Source: Ilumatobacteraceae bacterium (GTDB taxonomy: Bacteria; Actinomycetota; Acidimicrobiia; Acidimicrobiales; Ilumatobacteraceae). Taken from it: a DNA stretch of 54,205 nt. Under the pieces are notes generated by a model. That model ran no database searches. It was not told where the DNA came from and was given only the letters and a program-made list of their open reading frames with translations. Positions 1 through 9,077 of this stretch are shown piece by piece. Where the stretch lies: NCBI GenBank assembly GCA_040263235.1, contig JBDQKN010000001.1, forward strand, positions 1 through 54,205, written 5' to 3'. The first letter of the stretch is position 1. The number at the start of each line of letters is the position of its first letter. A program made the translations under genes and the position numbers.

Positions 1-251
1 GAGAAGTCGAGACCGGCACAGAACGATCGACCAACACCATGAAGCACGACTGCTCGTACGCCGCTCATGGCCTTGACGCGTTCGCCGGCAGCGGCAATCG
101 CAGCGAACTGCTCCCCGTCAAGGGCGTTGCGCTTATCTGCCCGGTCGAAGGAGACCAATGCTACGTGGTCCTTGAGACTCACTCGAACACGACCGTCACC
201 GTGTGCGGTGTCAAAGGTGAAATCGTCGGGAATGCTGAGGTCAACAGGCAT
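1..251 (-). CDS. enoyl-CoA hydratase/isomerase (crotonase) family protein, N-terminal part; the gene runs off the left edge
   Basis: Hand translation of the minus strand from ATG (251..249) gives MPVDLSIPDDFTFDTAHGDGRVRVSLKDHVALVSFDRADKRNALDGEQFAAIAAAGERVKAMSGVRAVVLHGVGRSFCAGLDF. DRADKRNAL and G-x-x-FCAG-x-D are crotonase-fold signatures. It is absent from the ORF track because it is open at the window edge. Confidence 0.75.
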   Translation of the reverse strand, partial: MPVDLSIPDDFTFDTAHGDGRVRVSLKDHVALVSFDRADKRNALDGEQFAAIAAAGERVKAMSGVRAVVLHGVGRSFCAGLDF

Positions 252-325
252 AAATACATCGTGCCACAGTCAGCACTCGACCGATGCAGTCGCTCCGTTG
301 CAGGAATCTGACCCCGCTTCATGGA

Positions 326-997
326 ATGATGATCTCCATGAGCGATCATCTGAACCTGTCCGCCGACGAGGTATTGACCACAACCCGCAGTGTCCGCAAG
401 CGTCTCGACTTTGACCGACCAGTCTCAACTGAGACGATTATGGAGTGCCTCGAGATTGCGTTGCAGGCGCCGACCGGCTCGAACCGTCAGGGTTGGCAAT
501 GGGTATTCGTGAGCGACGACGCCAAGAAGCTCGAACTCCAGAAGCTCTACTCCGAGAACTTCGAGATGTACCGCCAAGTCCCTCGACCCGAATATGCGCC
601 CGATGACCCTCGGGCCCAAGCCGCTCCCCGGGTGGTCGACTCAGCGCAGTACCTGGCTGACCATTTTCATCGCGCACCGGTACTCCTCGTGCCCTGCCTA
701 GAGGGCCGGCCAGACGCGGCCAACTCTGCCGCCTTCTGGGGGTCGCTCCTCCCCGCCGTCTGGAGCTTCATGCTCGCACTTCGCGAGCGCGGGCTCGGAT
801 CTGCATGGACCACGCTCCACCTCCCGAACGGCGGAGAGCAGAAGGCTGCAGATTTGCTGGGAATTCCATTTGATCGCTATAGCCAGGCCGGATTGTTTCC
901 CATTGCCCACACCGTCGGAACCGATTTCAAGCTCGCCTCTCGGCTCCCAGCTTCGCAGGTCAGCCACTGGGACGAATGGGGTACAACTCCGAGTTGA
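326..997 (+). CDS. nitroreductase family protein
   Basis: ORF 284..997; first in-frame ATGs are at 326/329 (MMISMSDHL...). LTTTRSVRKRLDFDRPV and APTGSNRQGWQWVFV are typical of the nitroreductase fold. Divergent from the crotonase gene. Confidence 0.8.
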   Translation: MMISMSDHLNLSADEVLTTTRSVRKRLDFDRPVSTETIMECLEIALQAPTGSNRQGWQWVFVSDDAKKLELQKLYSENFEMYRQVPRPEYAPDDPRAQAAPRVVDSAQYLADHFHRAPVLLVPCLEGRPDAANSAAFWGSLLPAVWSFMLALRERGLGSAWTTLHLPNGGEQKAADLLGIPFDRYSQAGLFPIAHTVGTDFKLASRLPASQVSHWDEWGTTPS

Positions 998-1051
998 GCA
1001 TCGCTTGCTCTGGCCACTTGGTCTGCGCGCCTCAGTTCGTATAGTGGGCCT

Positions 1052-3316
1052 ATGACCGTCAGCGCCAGCACCCCCATCGCACTTGTCAAACAGGTCTACT
1101 CCGCTCTACCCGCACGGGTTGTCCTCGGACGCGAACGCCTCGGCCGACCTCTGACACTGGCAGAGAAGGTTCTCATCAACCACCTCGTCGACCCTGCGGG
1201 CCAAGAGATGATCCGAGGCGAGTCGTATGCAGACTTCGCGCCTGATCGTGTCGCCATGCAGGACGCAACGGCTCAGATGGCCTTGCTTCAATTCATGACA
1301 GCAGGACTTGACGAGGCTGCGGTTCCGTCCACAGTCCACTGCGATCACCTGATTCAGGCGAAAGTCGGCGCCCAGATCGACCTCGGCGTGGCCGTCGAGA
1401 CGAACAACGAGGTGTACGAATTCCTTCGAACCGTGTCGGCACGATACGGCCTCGGATTCTGGGGGCCTGGTTCAGGGATCATCCACCAAGTCGTCCTTGA
1501 GAACTATGCATTCCCCGGCGGGATGATGATCGGTACTGACTCCCACACGCCGAATGCCGGAGGGCTCGGAATGGTGGCAATCGGCGTGGGCGGGGCAGAC
1601 GCAGTGGACGTCATGACCGGATTCCCGTGGAACGTTCGTTGGCCCCGAGTCATCGGCATCAGGCTCACCGGAACGTTGAGCGGATGGACTTCACCTAAGG
1701 ACGTCATTCTCGAGGTGGCCCGTCGTCTCACAGTCGAAGGCGGAACTGGCGCCATTGTCGAATATTTCGGCCCCGGCGCCGACAGCATCTCGGCAACCGG
1801 CAAGGCGACCATCTGCAATATGGGTGCCGAAATCGGAGCTACGACATCAATTTTTGGCTACGACTCCAATATGGCCGACTATCTCCGTGCCACCGGACGC
1901 TCCGATATCGCTGATGCAGCCGACGAGGTCGCTAGTGACCTCCGGCCTGATGATGGGGCCGCATACGACGAGGTGGTCGAAATCAACCTCGACGATCTCC
2001 GCCCGATGATTAATGGCCCCCACAGCCCAGATCGAGCGCATCGCGTCGGCGCCGAGGTGCAACAGGCTGCGCTCTCTAATGAGTGGCCGACTGAGGTTTC
2101 GGCGGCTCTGATCGGATCGTGCACCAACTCGTCGTACGAGGATCTCACCCGAGCCGCCTCGATTGCCCGCCAAGCAGCCGCCCATGGCATCACGTGTGCA
2201 ACTGAACTGCTCATCACCCCAGGTTCCGAGCAAACCCGAGCCACCATTGAACGTGATGGCATCCTCGCTGACCTCGAGGCCGTCGGTGCCACCGTGCTCG
2301 CGAATGCCTGCGGGCCATGTATCGGCCAGTGGAGCCGACCCGATTCAGTCACGGGGACGCCCAACACCATCGTTAACTCCTTCAATAGGAACTTTCCGAA
2401 GCGGAATGACGGAAGCCCAAACACCCTGTCGTTCGTGACCTCCCCAGACACGGTGATGGCGATCGCATTGTCGGGCCGCCTCGATTTCGACCCGCTGACC
2501 GATGCGCTCATTGCCCCCGATGGCACCGAAGTACGGCTAGCTCCTCCAGTTGGCGAGGTCCTCCCTGCCGATGGTTACGACCCGGGGGCCGACACGTTCA
2601 CTCCCCCACCTTCGGACCGATCGTCAGTAGCGGTCAGTGTTGCTTCCTCAAGTGACCGCCTTCAGGTCTTGCAGCCGTTCCTCCCGTGGGATGGGGCTGA
2701 CTACCTCGGGCTCCCGATTCTCATGAAGGCCAAAGGCAAGTGCACCACCGATCACATCTCTGCGGCGGGGCCGTGGCTGAAGTACCGCGGACACCTTGAG
2801 AACATTTCAGGAAACCTGTTTGCCGGGGCAGTCAATGCCTTTGACGACGCTGTCGGTATCGGCCTTGATATCACCGACGGGCAGCGACGTACCTACCCCG
2901 AGATCGCCCGCAGATACCACGAGGCAGCAATCCGATGGGTGGCCATTGGAGACCGGAACTACGGCGAGGGGTCGAGTCGGGAGCACGCCGCTATGGAGCC
3001 GCGTTTCCGCAACGGTGTTGTGGTGATTGCTCGTTCGTTCGCCCGAATTCATGAGACGAACCTCAAGAAGCAGGGGATGTTGCCACTTACCTTCAGCGAC
3101 CCTGATGTCTACGATCAGATCGGGGAATCAGATCGCGTCGATGTCTTGAATCTGCCACCAGTCCCGGGACGACCCGTTAGCTGTCGAATCGTGAGAGGTG
3201 ATGGTTCGACCTTCGACTTCGAATGCTCTCACACCTTCAGCGATGAGCAGGTCGAGTGGTTCCAAGCCGGATCGGCCCTCAATATTGTGCGGCAGAAGGT
3301 TGCCGCCGCCGACTGA
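1052..3316 (+). CDS. acn: aconitate hydratase, mitochondrial-type (about 754 aa)
   Basis: 754-aa ORF with PDRVAMQDATAQMA, GTDSHTPNAGGLG, GSCTNSSYEDL, NACGPCIGQW, KGKCTTDHISAAGPWLKYRGHL, NYGEGSSREHAA and ARIHETNLKKQG. These are aconitase Fe-S ligand and substrate motifs. The domain order and length match the mitochondrial ACO2 type. Confidence 0.95.
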   Translation: MTVSASTPIALVKQVYSALPARVVLGRERLGRPLTLAEKVLINHLVDPAGQEMIRGESYADFAPDRVAMQDATAQMALLQFMTAGLDEAAVPSTVHCDHLIQAKVGAQIDLGVAVETNNEVYEFLRTVSARYGLGFWGPGSGIIHQVVLENYAFPGGMMIGTDSHTPNAGGLGMVAIGVGGADAVDVMTGFPWNVRWPRVIGIRLTGTLSGWTSPKDVILEVARRLTVEGGTGAIVEYFGPGADSISATGKATICNMGAEIGATTSIFGYDSNMADYLRATGRSDIADAADEVASDLRPDDGAAYDEVVEINLDDLRPMINGPHSPDRAHRVGAEVQQAALSNEWPTEVSAALIGSCTNSSYEDLTRAASIARQAAAHGITCATELLITPGSEQTRATIERDGILADLEAVGATVLANACGPCIGQWSRPDSVTGTPNTIVNSFNRNFPKRNDGSPNTLSFVTSPDTVMAIALSGRLDFDPLTDALIAPDGTEVRLAPPVGEVLPADGYDPGADTFTPPPSDRSSVAVSVASSSDRLQVLQPFLPWDGADYLGLPILMKAKGKCTTDHISAAGPWLKYRGHLENISGNLFAGAVNAFDDAVGIGLDITDGQRRTYPEIARRYHEAAIRWVAIGDRNYGEGSSREHAAMEPRFRNGVVVIARSFARIHETNLKKQGMLPLTFSDPDVYDQIGESDRVDVLNLPPVPGRPVSCRIVRGDGSTFDFECSHTFSDEQVEWFQAGSALNIVRQKVAAAD

Positions 3317-4052
3317 GGAGTTGGTCAAACCGCGAATACTGCCGCACAGCAGCGGTGAGCAGCGCCGCTGCAGCAGCATCTATCCACCAATGGTTCGCCG
3401 TGGCGATAATGGCCAAGAGCATCACGACGGGATGCACGAGCACCAGGGTTCGAAGGCGACCGGCTGTCAGCCGTAAAAACCACAATGCAGCAAGTAGCGC
3501 CCACCCGAAATGCAGGGACGGCATGGCCGCAATTTGGTTGGCCGTCCCTTCGAGCGCACTGCGCGGGTAGATCGATGGCCCAAATCGCATCATCGTGTCG
3601 ACGAAACCAGGCATCATCCGTGGAGGGGCCAGCGGAAATACGACATGAAGTACAAGCGCCGCGAAGGTGAGAAGGGCCATCTCGGTGCGCACCACTGAAT
3701 ACTTCTGTGGGTGGCGACAGTAGACCCACAGCAACAACCCCACTGCAATGGGAAAGTGCATCCAGAGGTAGTAGTGATTCAGTCCGCGGATCAGATCGGG
3801 ATGGTGCAACAGCATCGACTGGATGTCATCTTCGATGAACGCTCCGAGCCAATGTTCGAGCTCCACCACCAAGCGGGCGTGCCGAAAGGCATCGCTGAGA
3901 TCAGTGCGGGTGAACGAGCGGACCCCCCGGTACATCAGCAATAGTCCTGAAGCGATGGCCAATTCGGCGATGAATGGTCCACCAGCGCGACTCGTCCACC
4001 AAGCCTTAAGGCGCGAGGTGCGCTCGTTTGCCGACGACGTGTTATCAGTCAT
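3279..4052 (-). CDS. PAP2-superfamily integral membrane protein (inositol-phosphorylceramide-synthase-like PAP2_3 type)
   Basis: ORF 3279..4334. The N-terminal 94 codons are R/P/C-rich and non-protein-like, so I take the start at MTDNTSSANERTS (4052). Multiple TM segments. PSLHFGW and ATANHWWID resemble PAP2 C2/C3 motifs. The 3' end overlaps the aconitase 3' end by 38 nt (convergent). Confidence 0.7.
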   Translation of the reverse strand: MTDNTSSANERTSRLKAWWTSRAGGPFIAELAIASGLLLMYRGVRSFTRTDLSDAFRHARLVVELEHWLGAFIEDDIQSMLLHHPDLIRGLNHYYLWMHFPIAVGLLLWVYCRHPQKYSVVRTEMALLTFAALVLHVVFPLAPPRMMPGFVDTMMRFGPSIYPRSALEGTANQIAAMPSLHFGWALLAALWFLRLTAGRLRTLVLVHPVVMLLAIIATANHWWIDAAAAALLTAAVRQYSRFDQLLSRRRQPSAAQY

Positions 4053-4237
4053 GATTAGGCAGCGATCAAGGTCTTCAGAGCCAGAGGTTAAAGTTCGTGT
4101 GCTCGTGATGGCAACACATCGGTCACGTTCTGAAAACGGGAAACGCCCCGGTGGGGGACCGGGGCATCTCAACCTGGGATTTCTAATCCCACGAGCGGAA
4201 CATGGGGGGTGTGCCGCTACGTCTTGCTTGTGAAAGT

Positions 4238-4257
4238 ATGCACGTGTTCTCGTGCAT
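4238..4257. promoter_or_regulatory. inverted repeat ATGCACG-N6-CGTGCAT, candidate LysR-type box
   Basis: 7-bp perfect arms, 43-62 bp upstream of the lysR ATG, in the divergent lysR / PAP2-like intergenic region. Confidence 0.3.
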
Positions 4258-4299
4258 CTCGCAAGTCGAACATGGCGATAGTGGCTATCGTTTTGAGAG

Positions 4300-5211
4300 A
4301 TGGACCTCCGGCAACTCAATACCCTCATCGCCATCGCTGATCACGGCAGTTTCAGTGCAGCTGCTAGGTCACTGTTCACCGTTCAATCAAACGTGTCTGG
4401 GCATATCGCCCGCCTCGAACGAGAACTCGGTGTCCCGCTAGTCGATCGCGCAACAGGCCGAATGACTGAGCACGGTGATCGGGTGCTCGAACGTGCGCGC
4501 CGAATCATGCACGAACTCGAGGACATCGTCTCGGACATCCAAAGCAACGAACACGACATCGCAGGCGATGTCAGAATTGGCGTGATCGGCACCGTTGCCC
4601 GATGGGTAATGCCCCTTCTGCTCGCCAGCGTCAACCGTCTCCACCCTCATGTCCACACCATTGTCAGCGAGGGCAGCTCCTCTGCATTGGTTCCGAACGT
4701 CTCGAGTGGTTTGCTCAACGGAGCGATCGTTCATCTGCCCGTTGATGACCCAGACCTCCACGTGCTTCCCCTTTTCGACGAGGAACTCCTGCTGATGGCC
4801 CCCCCGGGACATCCACTAGCAGAACGCGAACGAGTCGAGATTCGAGATCTCGACAGTCGTCCCCTACTCCTTCCTCCCGATGGTGCTGCGCTGCGAAGAA
4901 TCCTCGACCGAGCTGCGGCCGACTACGGAGTGTCGCTCGTTGCACAAACCGAGGTTGACGGTGTTCGCCTACTCGCCTCTCTGGCGCGCGATGGACACGG
5001 CGCAGCAATTGTCCCCGCAACCGCTCTCAGAGCGGAGGCCACCGCAGACCTTCGGTTGATCCCGGTCGACGGCCTGCCCCGTCGAAGGGTTGCCTGGATT
5101 CGCCGACGACGGCCAAATCCCACCCCGGCGACAGTGGCCGTGGTGAAGTGCCTCGAAGCCGCCGTGTCCGACCATGTCGCCCTCCAGATGGGACTTCACC
5201 GACCAGAGTGA
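4300..5211 (+). CDS. LysR family transcriptional regulator
   Basis: MDLRQLNTLIAIADHGSFSAAARSLFTVQSNVSGHIARLERELGVPLVDR is a canonical LysR wHTH, followed by a substrate-binding domain of about 200 aa. Confidence 0.9.
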   Translation: MDLRQLNTLIAIADHGSFSAAARSLFTVQSNVSGHIARLERELGVPLVDRATGRMTEHGDRVLERARRIMHELEDIVSDIQSNEHDIAGDVRIGVIGTVARWVMPLLLASVNRLHPHVHTIVSEGSSSALVPNVSSGLLNGAIVHLPVDDPDLHVLPLFDEELLLMAPPGHPLAERERVEIRDLDSRPLLLPPDGAALRRILDRAAADYGVSLVAQTEVDGVRLLASLARDGHGAAIVPATALRAEATADLRLIPVDGLPRRRVAWIRRRRPNPTPATVAVVKCLEAAVSDHVALQMGLHRPE

Positions 5212-5252
5212 GTTTGACTCGGGGGACTCCTCCGCGATCTAGTCTCGTCTCA

Positions 5253-6602
5253 GTGACTCTCGACGATCTCGACTTCCACGCCGGCGTACCTGGCTCAACC
5301 CGAGCAGGATTTCGTCTCGTCGCCGAACGTCGAGTCGTCTGTGTCGAGTTCGATCACGCAGATCCCGCCCCTCCCCTGCGGTCAGAGATGACGCTCGTCA
5401 TGACCGAGGGTTGTCGTCTGGCCCTCGAAGAACAAGTTCCGCTAGTCCTCATCATCAACAGCGCAGGAGCAGATATCCGCGAAGGCATCGCTCCTCTCGA
5501 CGGATGGGGCCGAGCGGCGCGAATTCTCACTCGTTGTTCCGGTCGGATCCCGACCTTCGCCATCGTCGACGGCCCGGCAGTGTCTGGGCCGGCGCTACTT
5601 CTTGGGTTGGTCGACCACGTCGTCATGACGCGCCGCTCGTATGCATTCGTGAACGGACCGGTGATGGTTGAACAATTCACCGGGATCGAAATCTCCAAGG
5701 ACGATCTCGGCAGTGCAGAGACAATGGAGCGGGTCGCAGGACTTGCCACATGTGTGGTCGATACCCGCGACGAAGCACTCGAGACCTTGGGCGAGCTCCT
5801 TGAATTTCTCCCCGACCATTGCGATCGACCCTCGCTTATCAGCCAAACCGGTGATTCATCCTCAAGGTTGACCCCAGAGGCTGGTGAAACGATCCCTGAC
5901 TCCCCGACCGGGAGCTACGACGTGAGACATGTCATCGAAGCGCTCGTCGACGATGGCCACGTGTGTGAGGTGAGGGGGCGATGGGCGCCAAACGTGGTGA
6001 CGGCACATGCTCGAATCGGTGGACGGTCAATTGGGATTATCGCAAATCAACCGCTCGCACTTGCCGGCACGCTTGACATTCCCGGATCTCAGAAGGCAGC
6101 TCGATTCGTCAATTTCTGCGATGCCCTCGGCATTCCACTCTTGACACTCGTCGACACCCCTGGCTTTTATCCAGGCAAGGACCTTGAGTGGCGAGGAATG
6201 ATCCGACACGGAGCCCAATTGGTGTACGCCTACGGCCAGGCAACGGTTCCACGGGTGTGCGTCATCCTTCGAAAGAGTTATGGCGGTGCCTACATCGTGA
6301 TGGACTCGAAGCGAATGGGTAACGACATCTGTTTTGCGTGGCCCTGGGCTGAGCTTGCTGTCATGGGCGCTGGGCAGGCATCAGCGATCCTTCGTCGAGG
6401 CGCCGACGACGCCGAGAAGTCTCGTTTCGAAACCGACTACACAGAGCGTCTGCTCAATCCATATGTTGCTGCTGAACGGGGCTACGTCGACGACGTGATC
6501 GATCCAAGCGACACCAGACGAGAAGTGATCTCCGCCTTCACGATGCTCTCCGAGAAGCGAGATCAACGCCCGAGTCGCCGACACGGCAACTCTCCGCTCT
6601 GA
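5253..6602 (+). CDS. carboxyltransferase-domain protein (acyl-CoA carboxylase beta-subunit-like)
   Basis: ORF 5148..6602. The first 35 codons overlap lysR and are R/P-rich, so I take the GTG at 5253 (VTLDDLDF...). Motifs: AIVDGPAVSGPALL, GIIANQPLALAGTLDIPGSQKAARFV, TLVDTPGFYPG and RKSYGGAYIVM (AccD/PccB family). Its N-terminus is shorter than in typical PccB. Confidence 0.8.
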   Translation: MTLDDLDFHAGVPGSTRAGFRLVAERRVVCVEFDHADPAPPLRSEMTLVMTEGCRLALEEQVPLVLIINSAGADIREGIAPLDGWGRAARILTRCSGRIPTFAIVDGPAVSGPALLLGLVDHVVMTRRSYAFVNGPVMVEQFTGIEISKDDLGSAETMERVAGLATCVVDTRDEALETLGELLEFLPDHCDRPSLISQTGDSSSRLTPEAGETIPDSPTGSYDVRHVIEALVDDGHVCEVRGRWAPNVVTAHARIGGRSIGIIANQPLALAGTLDIPGSQKAARFVNFCDALGIPLLTLVDTPGFYPGKDLEWRGMIRHGAQLVYAYGQATVPRVCVILRKSYGGAYIVMDSKRMGNDICFAWPWAELAVMGAGQASAILRRGADDAEKSRFETDYTERLLNPYVAAERGYVDDVIDPSDTRREVISAFTMLSEKRDQRPSRRHGNSPL

Positions 6603-6689
6603 GTTCGAGACAAGCGACCACCATTGGTCTGGTGACGATCCGAGCCAGTACATTGAGGGCGCCACCTTGTAGCGACCCGGAGGACCTTC

Positions 6690-7961
6690 GTGCCCGAGAC
6701 CATCACCATCACAGACGATCGCACCGGACAAACGGTCACCGTTCCTATTGAGGGCGGGGTCTTCCCTGCCTCGGCGGTTCGCTCCCTCGATCCATCGCTT
6801 TTTGTCTATGACCCGGCGTACATGCAGACGGCTTCCTGCAAATCAGCAATCACGTATCTCGACGGTGACAACGGCATTCTTCGTTACCGCGGCTATCCCA
6901 TCGAGCAACTCGCCGAAAAGTCCTCCTTCCTCGAAGTTGCCTACCTCCTTCTCGAAGGCGAACTGCCCACCGCAGCGCAGCTTGAACAGTGGCGACACGA
7001 CGTCACACACCACACCTTCATTCACGAGAACATGCGCAAGCGTTTTGTCGATGGATTCCACTACGACGCCCACCCAATGGGCATGTTCGTCTCAGCCCTG
7101 GCAGCACTCGGAACCTTCTATGACGGCGCAAAGGACATCGACGATCCAGAAAGTCGGCACAAGCAGGTACTCCGACTGATCGCTAAGACACCGACGATCG
7201 CCGCCATGTGTTACCGATTCTCCGTGGGTCTTCCCTTCAACTATCCAGACAACGACCTGTCCTTCCCTGCCAACTTCCTCTCGATGATGTGGAAAGTCGG
7301 CGCAGAGCACGCGGTTGACCCAGTTCTCGAGCGAGCAATGGACGTGTTGTTCATCCTTCACGCAGATCATGAGCAGAACTGCGGGACGACAGCCATGCGG
7401 GTGGTCGGTTCGTCTAACGCCGACCCCTACTCCTCAGCTGCGGCGGCGGCCAGCGCGCTCTACGGGCCGTTGCACGGTGGCGCAAACGAAGCGGTCGTGC
7501 GGATGCTGAGCGAGATCGGAAGTATCGAGAACGTTCCAGCGTTCATCGACGATGTGAAGGCCGGCAAGGGACGCCTCATGGGATTCGGCCACCGCGTATA
7601 CAAGAACTACGACCCCCGGGCAACCATTATCAAGAAGACCGCCTACGACGTCTTCGAAGTGACCGGCAAGAACCCCCTCCTCGATATCGCCTTGAAACTT
7701 GAAGAGGTGGCACTGCAGGACCCGTACTTCGTCGACCGGCGCCTCTACCCGAACGTCGACTTCTATTCGGGGCTGATCTATCAAGCCATGGGATTCCCTG
7801 TTGAGATGTTCACGGTCCTCTTTGCAATTCCGCGAACCGCCGGGTGGCTCGCCCACTGGCAAGAACTTCTTGCTGATGGCGACCAGAAGATCTCACGTCC
7901 GCGCCAGTGGTACGTGGGCCCCGATGAGCGCGACTACCAAGCGATCGCTTCCCGAGGCTGA
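6690..7961 (+). CDS. gltA: citrate synthase
   Basis: 423-aa ORF (GTG start) with ILHADHEQNCGT, GPLHGGANE and GFGHRVYKNYDPR citrate synthase motifs. Confidence 0.95.
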   Translation: MPETITITDDRTGQTVTVPIEGGVFPASAVRSLDPSLFVYDPAYMQTASCKSAITYLDGDNGILRYRGYPIEQLAEKSSFLEVAYLLLEGELPTAAQLEQWRHDVTHHTFIHENMRKRFVDGFHYDAHPMGMFVSALAALGTFYDGAKDIDDPESRHKQVLRLIAKTPTIAAMCYRFSVGLPFNYPDNDLSFPANFLSMMWKVGAEHAVDPVLERAMDVLFILHADHEQNCGTTAMRVVGSSNADPYSSAAAAASALYGPLHGGANEAVVRMLSEIGSIENVPAFIDDVKAGKGRLMGFGHRVYKNYDPRATIIKKTAYDVFEVTGKNPLLDIALKLEEVALQDPYFVDRRLYPNVDFYSGLIYQAMGFPVEMFTVLFAIPRTAGWLAHWQELLADGDQKISRPRQWYVGPDERDYQAIASRG

Positions 7962-7963
7962 AC

Positions 7964-9070
7964 ATGGAGTTCGGCTGGACGCCCGAACAGATCGAACTTC
8001 GGTCCGAGGCCAGGTCTGTTGCAGAAGACGCCGTCCGTCGTTTCGGTCGCTCGAATGACTCGTGGATCAACGGCTTCTCCCAAGAATTCGCTCTCGAACT
8101 CGGTGAACGAGGCTGGATCGGCCTGACCTGGCCAACTGAATTCGGAGGAGGCGGGCGGCCAGCCATTGATCGTCTGATCATCGGAGAGGAACTCATCGCC
8201 GCAGGCGCACCCATTGCCGCCATGTGGTTTGCTGATCGCCAGATGGGCCCGACCCTCATCACCTATGGGCGTCCAGACCAGCAGGCCGAATTCCTGCCGG
8301 CGATGCTCCGCGGCGAGAGTACGTGGTGTATCGGCATGTCCGAACCGAACGCCGGCAGCGACCTTGCATCGCTCGCTACATCTGCTCGCCGAGACGGAGA
8401 CGACTTCGTTATCAATGGTCAGAAGATCTGGACCAGTTTTGGCGCGATCGCAGACTATTGCTACCTGATCTGCAGGACATCTAGCGATGGGCCGCCTCAC
8501 ACAGGAATCAGCGAGATCATCGTTCCCATGTCGACTCCTGGCATCGAAGTGCGGACCATCAAAGACATGACCACCAATCGGCATTTCTCCGAGGTCTTCT
8601 ATTCCGACGTGCGAGTTCCGGCGGAGAACCTGGTTGGCGTGGAGGGGAACGCGTTCAAACAGACGATGCGGCAGTTGGAACACGAGCGCGGTGGAATCGA
8701 CCGTCTCGTCTCCAATCAGGCGCTGTATCTTCTGGCCCTTGAACAGGCCGATCGTTCAGATCCCATCATCAGGCAACGCATCGCAGAGATTGAGACCGGC
8801 TACCGAATTGGCAGAATCCTCGTCACGCGCGAGGTCCTTCATCAAGCGCCATCGGGATTCTCGGCCGCAACTAAGTGCTTCTGCACTGAACACGAAGTGC
8901 GCGTAGCCGAATTCGTATTGAACGTGCTCGGTGCCGATGCGATGCTCTGGGATGACGTGACTCGCGGCCTCGCCTATGCCCCTGGCTACACCATTATGGG
9001 TGGCACCTCGAACGTCATGAGAAATATCCTCGGCGAACGGGTCCTTGGCCTGCCACGAGAGCCACGCTAA
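7964..9070 (+). CDS. acyl-CoA dehydrogenase family protein
   Basis: 368 aa; GWIGLTWPTEFGGGG, CIGMSEPNAGSDLASL, KIWTS. The start lies 3 nt after the gltA stop. Confidence 0.9.
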   Translation: MEFGWTPEQIELRSEARSVAEDAVRRFGRSNDSWINGFSQEFALELGERGWIGLTWPTEFGGGGRPAIDRLIIGEELIAAGAPIAAMWFADRQMGPTLITYGRPDQQAEFLPAMLRGESTWCIGMSEPNAGSDLASLATSARRDGDDFVINGQKIWTSFGAIADYCYLICRTSSDGPPHTGISEIIVPMSTPGIEVRTIKDMTTNRHFSEVFYSDVRVPAENLVGVEGNAFKQTMRQLEHERGGIDRLVSNQALYLLALEQADRSDPIIRQRIAEIETGYRIGRILVTREVLHQAPSGFSAATKCFCTEHEVRVAEFVLNVLGADAMLWDDVTRGLAYAPGYTIMGGTSNVMRNILGERVLGLPREPR

Positions 9071-9077
9071 GCGTTCG

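Noticed and set aside
39-414. Plus-strand ORFs 39..311 and 67..414
   Set aside because: They are shadows of the minus-strand crotonase gene (1..251), which has clear family motifs.
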